Shown in pieces: positions 61,820-64,000 of a stretch of 64,000 nucleotides of DNA. Origin of the DNA: a virus (Duplodnaviria; Caudoviricetes); IMG/VR virus record IMGVR_UViG_2799112278_000002, positions 1 through 64,000 of that record. One strand, given 5' to 3'. Numbering within the stretch: position 1 is the first letter of the stretch; each line of letters starts with the position of its first letter. Under the pieces are notes generated by a model. The model was not told where the DNA came from and made no database searches. It worked only from the letters and a program-made list of their open reading frames with translations. Position numbers and translations under genes: made by a program.

Positions 61820-63580
61820 CTATCCTCTCGCATAGCGTTTAGTAACCTTTTCTTGTGGTACGCACAATTCCGGTAAATTGGCTCTTATAAGGGCTTCGGA
61901 GAACTGAGGCGGGACCGCATTTCCGCACCTGGCTACCTGGTCAGCTTTAGAATATTTCTTGCCGTCACAATCCCGGTCAATAATATAGTCTTCAGGGAAT
62001 CCCTGGGCATTGAACAATTCACGCGGTTCTAACATTCGCATGCCAATATCGACTATTTGGTAATTCTCGCCGTGTATGGTGACAAGGCCAAATTTGTCTT
62101 TTGTGGTTACTGTGTGCATCGGTTCATCTACCGCTTGCCCTTCGCCAGTTCCGTAATATTTCATGAGGAAGGCCCTGACCTCTCCAAAGTGCAACCCGCC
62201 GGCTGTTATGGTTTGAATTGGTTCCGTTACCTTCTGCCCTATATTTGTGCCTTTCATTTTAACTAAATGGCTTGTGACCAGGGCATTATGATCTACTGTT
62301 GTTACTGTAGGTATTGGCTTATCCATTCCTGAGCCAGGGCCAGTGTAATTGCCGCCGTAATGCTTTGCTAGAAAACTAGCTACCAGGGCGTACCTGGGCG
62401 ACGCATCAACCACCATAAGCGGCCTTCCAAGGCTTTGCCCCCGCGTTTCTTTGTCCGATTGTTCGCCGTGGTACTGTATAAGTGTAGGTGTTACAAGAAA
62501 CTGCTGATTTCCCGTTGTGATAGTTCTTGTCGGTGTGTCGACGCCACTACCTGGATGGCCCGTTGTATTAACCATAAGAGTTGGTGTAATCAGTAAGTGT
62601 TCTGCCTTTGTTACGATGGTTGTTAACGGCTCCTCGATGCTGTATTGCATCCTATCAGCGCCAAACCCAGTCTGTCCGATTCTCGCAATGTAGGGGGTAA
62701 CTATTCCCCATCCATTTTTTGCGGTTACAGTTTGCAGCGGCTCGTCTATTCTCTGCCCCCGGAAGTCAAGGCCATGATGATTGACTTTGATCACAAAAGG
62801 TTCGGGATTTTCTATTACGAATTTTTGTATCCCCCTGGCTATCCGCTTCATTGTGTTTTCAGCCAGCGGCTTCTTCCGCTCAAATATCGATGGGCAAGGC
62901 AACGACCAGTCTATGCACTCTGCCGCCGTCCTCCAAGGCTTCAGTTTGCCGGAAATGACCGCCTCGCTCTTTGGGTCGCCGTGTGTTGGTTTGGGCCAGC
63001 TAATCGGCATATTATCGCGTCTGGCAACTAGAAAGAAGCGTTTGCGAATAGTTGGTGATCCAAAGTCACAGGCTCTAAGTTCTTTCCAGTCTACATGGTA
63101 GCCATGCCGTTTTAAGGCATTAACGAAAGCTTTGAACGTATGGCCTTTTTTATCCGGGTCGGGCATTCCATTTTTCAGCAACGGCCCCCATGTTTTGAAC
63201 TCTTCCACATTTTCCAGCATAATTACCCTTGGTTTCACCACTGCCGCCCACCGAACAGCAACCCACGCCAAACCGCGAATATTTTTTTCTACCGGCTTCC
63301 CGCCCTTGGCTTTGCTGAAGTGTTTACAATCTGGGCTAAACCAGCACAATCCAACTGGCCTGCCCCCTGTTACCGTTAAGGGGTTAATATCCCAAACCGA
63401 TTCAAGGTAATGTTCTGTACCTGGGTGATTGGCCTTGTGCATCCTTATTGCGGCTATGCTATGGTTTATAGCAACGTCAACCTCTCTGCCTGTAGCCTGC
63501 TTTGCTCCCTGGGAATCTCCGCCGCCGCCGCAAAAGTTACTAACTAGGATTTCTCTAAACAAGTCCTCTAAGGGCTTCAA
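61820..63580 (-). CDS. C5 cytosine DNA methyltransferase
   Basis: NFCGGGG, SPDCKHFS, LENVEEF, RKRFF, ELFNAQGFP, CGNAVPP. Confidence 0.92.
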   Translation of the reverse strand: MKPLEDLFREILVSNFCGGGGDSQGAKQATGREVDVAINHSIAAIRMHKANHPGTEHYLESVWDINPLTVTGGRPVGLCWFSPDCKHFSKAKGGKPVEKNIRGLAWVAVRWAAVVKPRVIMLENVEEFKTWGPLLKNGMPDPDKKGHTFKAFVNALKRHGYHVDWKELRACDFGSPTIRKRFFLVARRDNMPISWPKPTHGDPKSEAVISGKLKPWRTAAECIDWSLPCPSIFERKKPLAENTMKRIARGIQKFVIENPEPFVIKVNHHGLDFRGQRIDEPLQTVTAKNGWGIVTPYIARIGQTGFGADRMQYSIEEPLTTIVTKAEHLLITPTLMVNTTGHPGSGVDTPTRTITTGNQQFLVTPTLIQYHGEQSDKETRGQSLGRPLMVVDASPRYALVASFLAKHYGGNYTGPGSGMDKPIPTVTTVDHNALVTSHLVKMKGTNIGQKVTEPIQTITAGGLHFGEVRAFLMKYYGTGEGQAVDEPMHTVTTKDKFGLVTIHGENYQIVDIGMRMLEPRELFNAQGFPEDYIIDRDCDGKKYSKADQVARCGNAVPPQFSEALIRANLPELCVPQEKVTKRYARG

Positions 63581-63668
63581 CCTCTTCCCCTCCCACTATG
63601 TTACATACCGTATCTATATATTTGTTTTGTTACATGTATTGGTGTGTTAATGGCCTAATGACGGGCTA

Positions 63669-64000
63669 TTACTCATAAATTACGGTTTGGTTTGGGTCTA
63701 TTTTTTCGCCTCTCCCATCGTCATACACCCACCAATTATACATATCTACTCCCGACTTCCATTCTTCCGGCATTTTGTGTCCAAGTGGTTTTTTTCTGTC
63801 AAATGCCATTTCACACATTTTTAGATAATTACGAGCGTATGCAGGCCATCTTTCTGCTTCTTTGATCCTGTTAGCTACAGAAGTTAATGGACACATCACG
63901 CAGCCGATCCGGGTAAATCCTTCGTCGTAAAGCGAGCAATACGGTAGGTTGTTTTGTTTTATATATTGCCAAACCTCTTGTTCAGTCCAGTCGATAATTA
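63669..64000 (-). CDS. PAPS-reductase-family protein, 3' part only
   Basis: IIDWTEQEVWQYI..LPYCSLYDEGFTRIGCVMCP, open to the window edge. Confidence 0.8.
   Translation of the reverse strand, partial: IIDWTEQEVWQYIKQNNLPYCSLYDEGFTRIGCVMCPLTSVANRIKEAERWPAYARNYLKMCEMAFDRKKPLGHKMPEEWKSGVDMYNWWVYDDGRGEKIDPNQTVIYE

Larger units (their letters stand above)
563..64000 (-). mobile_element. Temperate podovirus-like prophage (continues past the window end)
   Basis: Complete terminase/portal/capsid/tail/lysis modules, replication and recombination genes, and a tRNA-fragment att boundary. Confidence 0.93.

Overview
Almost the whole window (563 to beyond 64000) is one temperate prophage, read mostly on the minus strand. 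Its left boundary is a 53-bp 3' fragment of tRNA-Pro(GGG), followed on that strand by a terminator, so it is probably an att site. The integrase and repressor end is not in the window. The virion module is podovirus-like: PBSX-type terminase, P22-like portal, N4-gp56-like capsid, gp10-like tail hub, ejection proteins including a 3766-aa helicase/methyltransferase/peptidase polyvalent protein, and no tape measure. The host is inferred to be a spore-forming, probably diderm Firmicute (Negativicutes-like). This rests on Firmicute-type LexA boxes, SpoVS, a SigF/G-like sigma factor, an amidase without a cell-wall-binding domain and a spanin-like gene. The best candidates for undescribed biology are four. 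(1) A largely translationally coupled operon next to att: ParM, ParR-like, Zn-ribbon, membrane-anchored protein, FtsK/SpoIIIE, replication-relaxation protein and two SpoIIIAC/AD-like membrane proteins. (2) An anti-defence island between terL and portal: Tad1 sponge, gp49/66 (Acb4-like), PGDYG-like protein, P-loop kinase and SpoVS. (3) Three consecutive small genes that all end in AE-stop inside a repeated GCAGAGTGA-hairpin element, divergent from an HTH gene. (4) A highly structured ~170-nt RNA upstream of two tRNAs, one of them atypical. Also notable are an ACP mimic, a stand-alone NrdD glycyl-radical domain, a candidate novel spanin and a LexA-controlled Y-family polymerase cassette. All family calls come from motif recognition by eye; no database search or folding computation was run.
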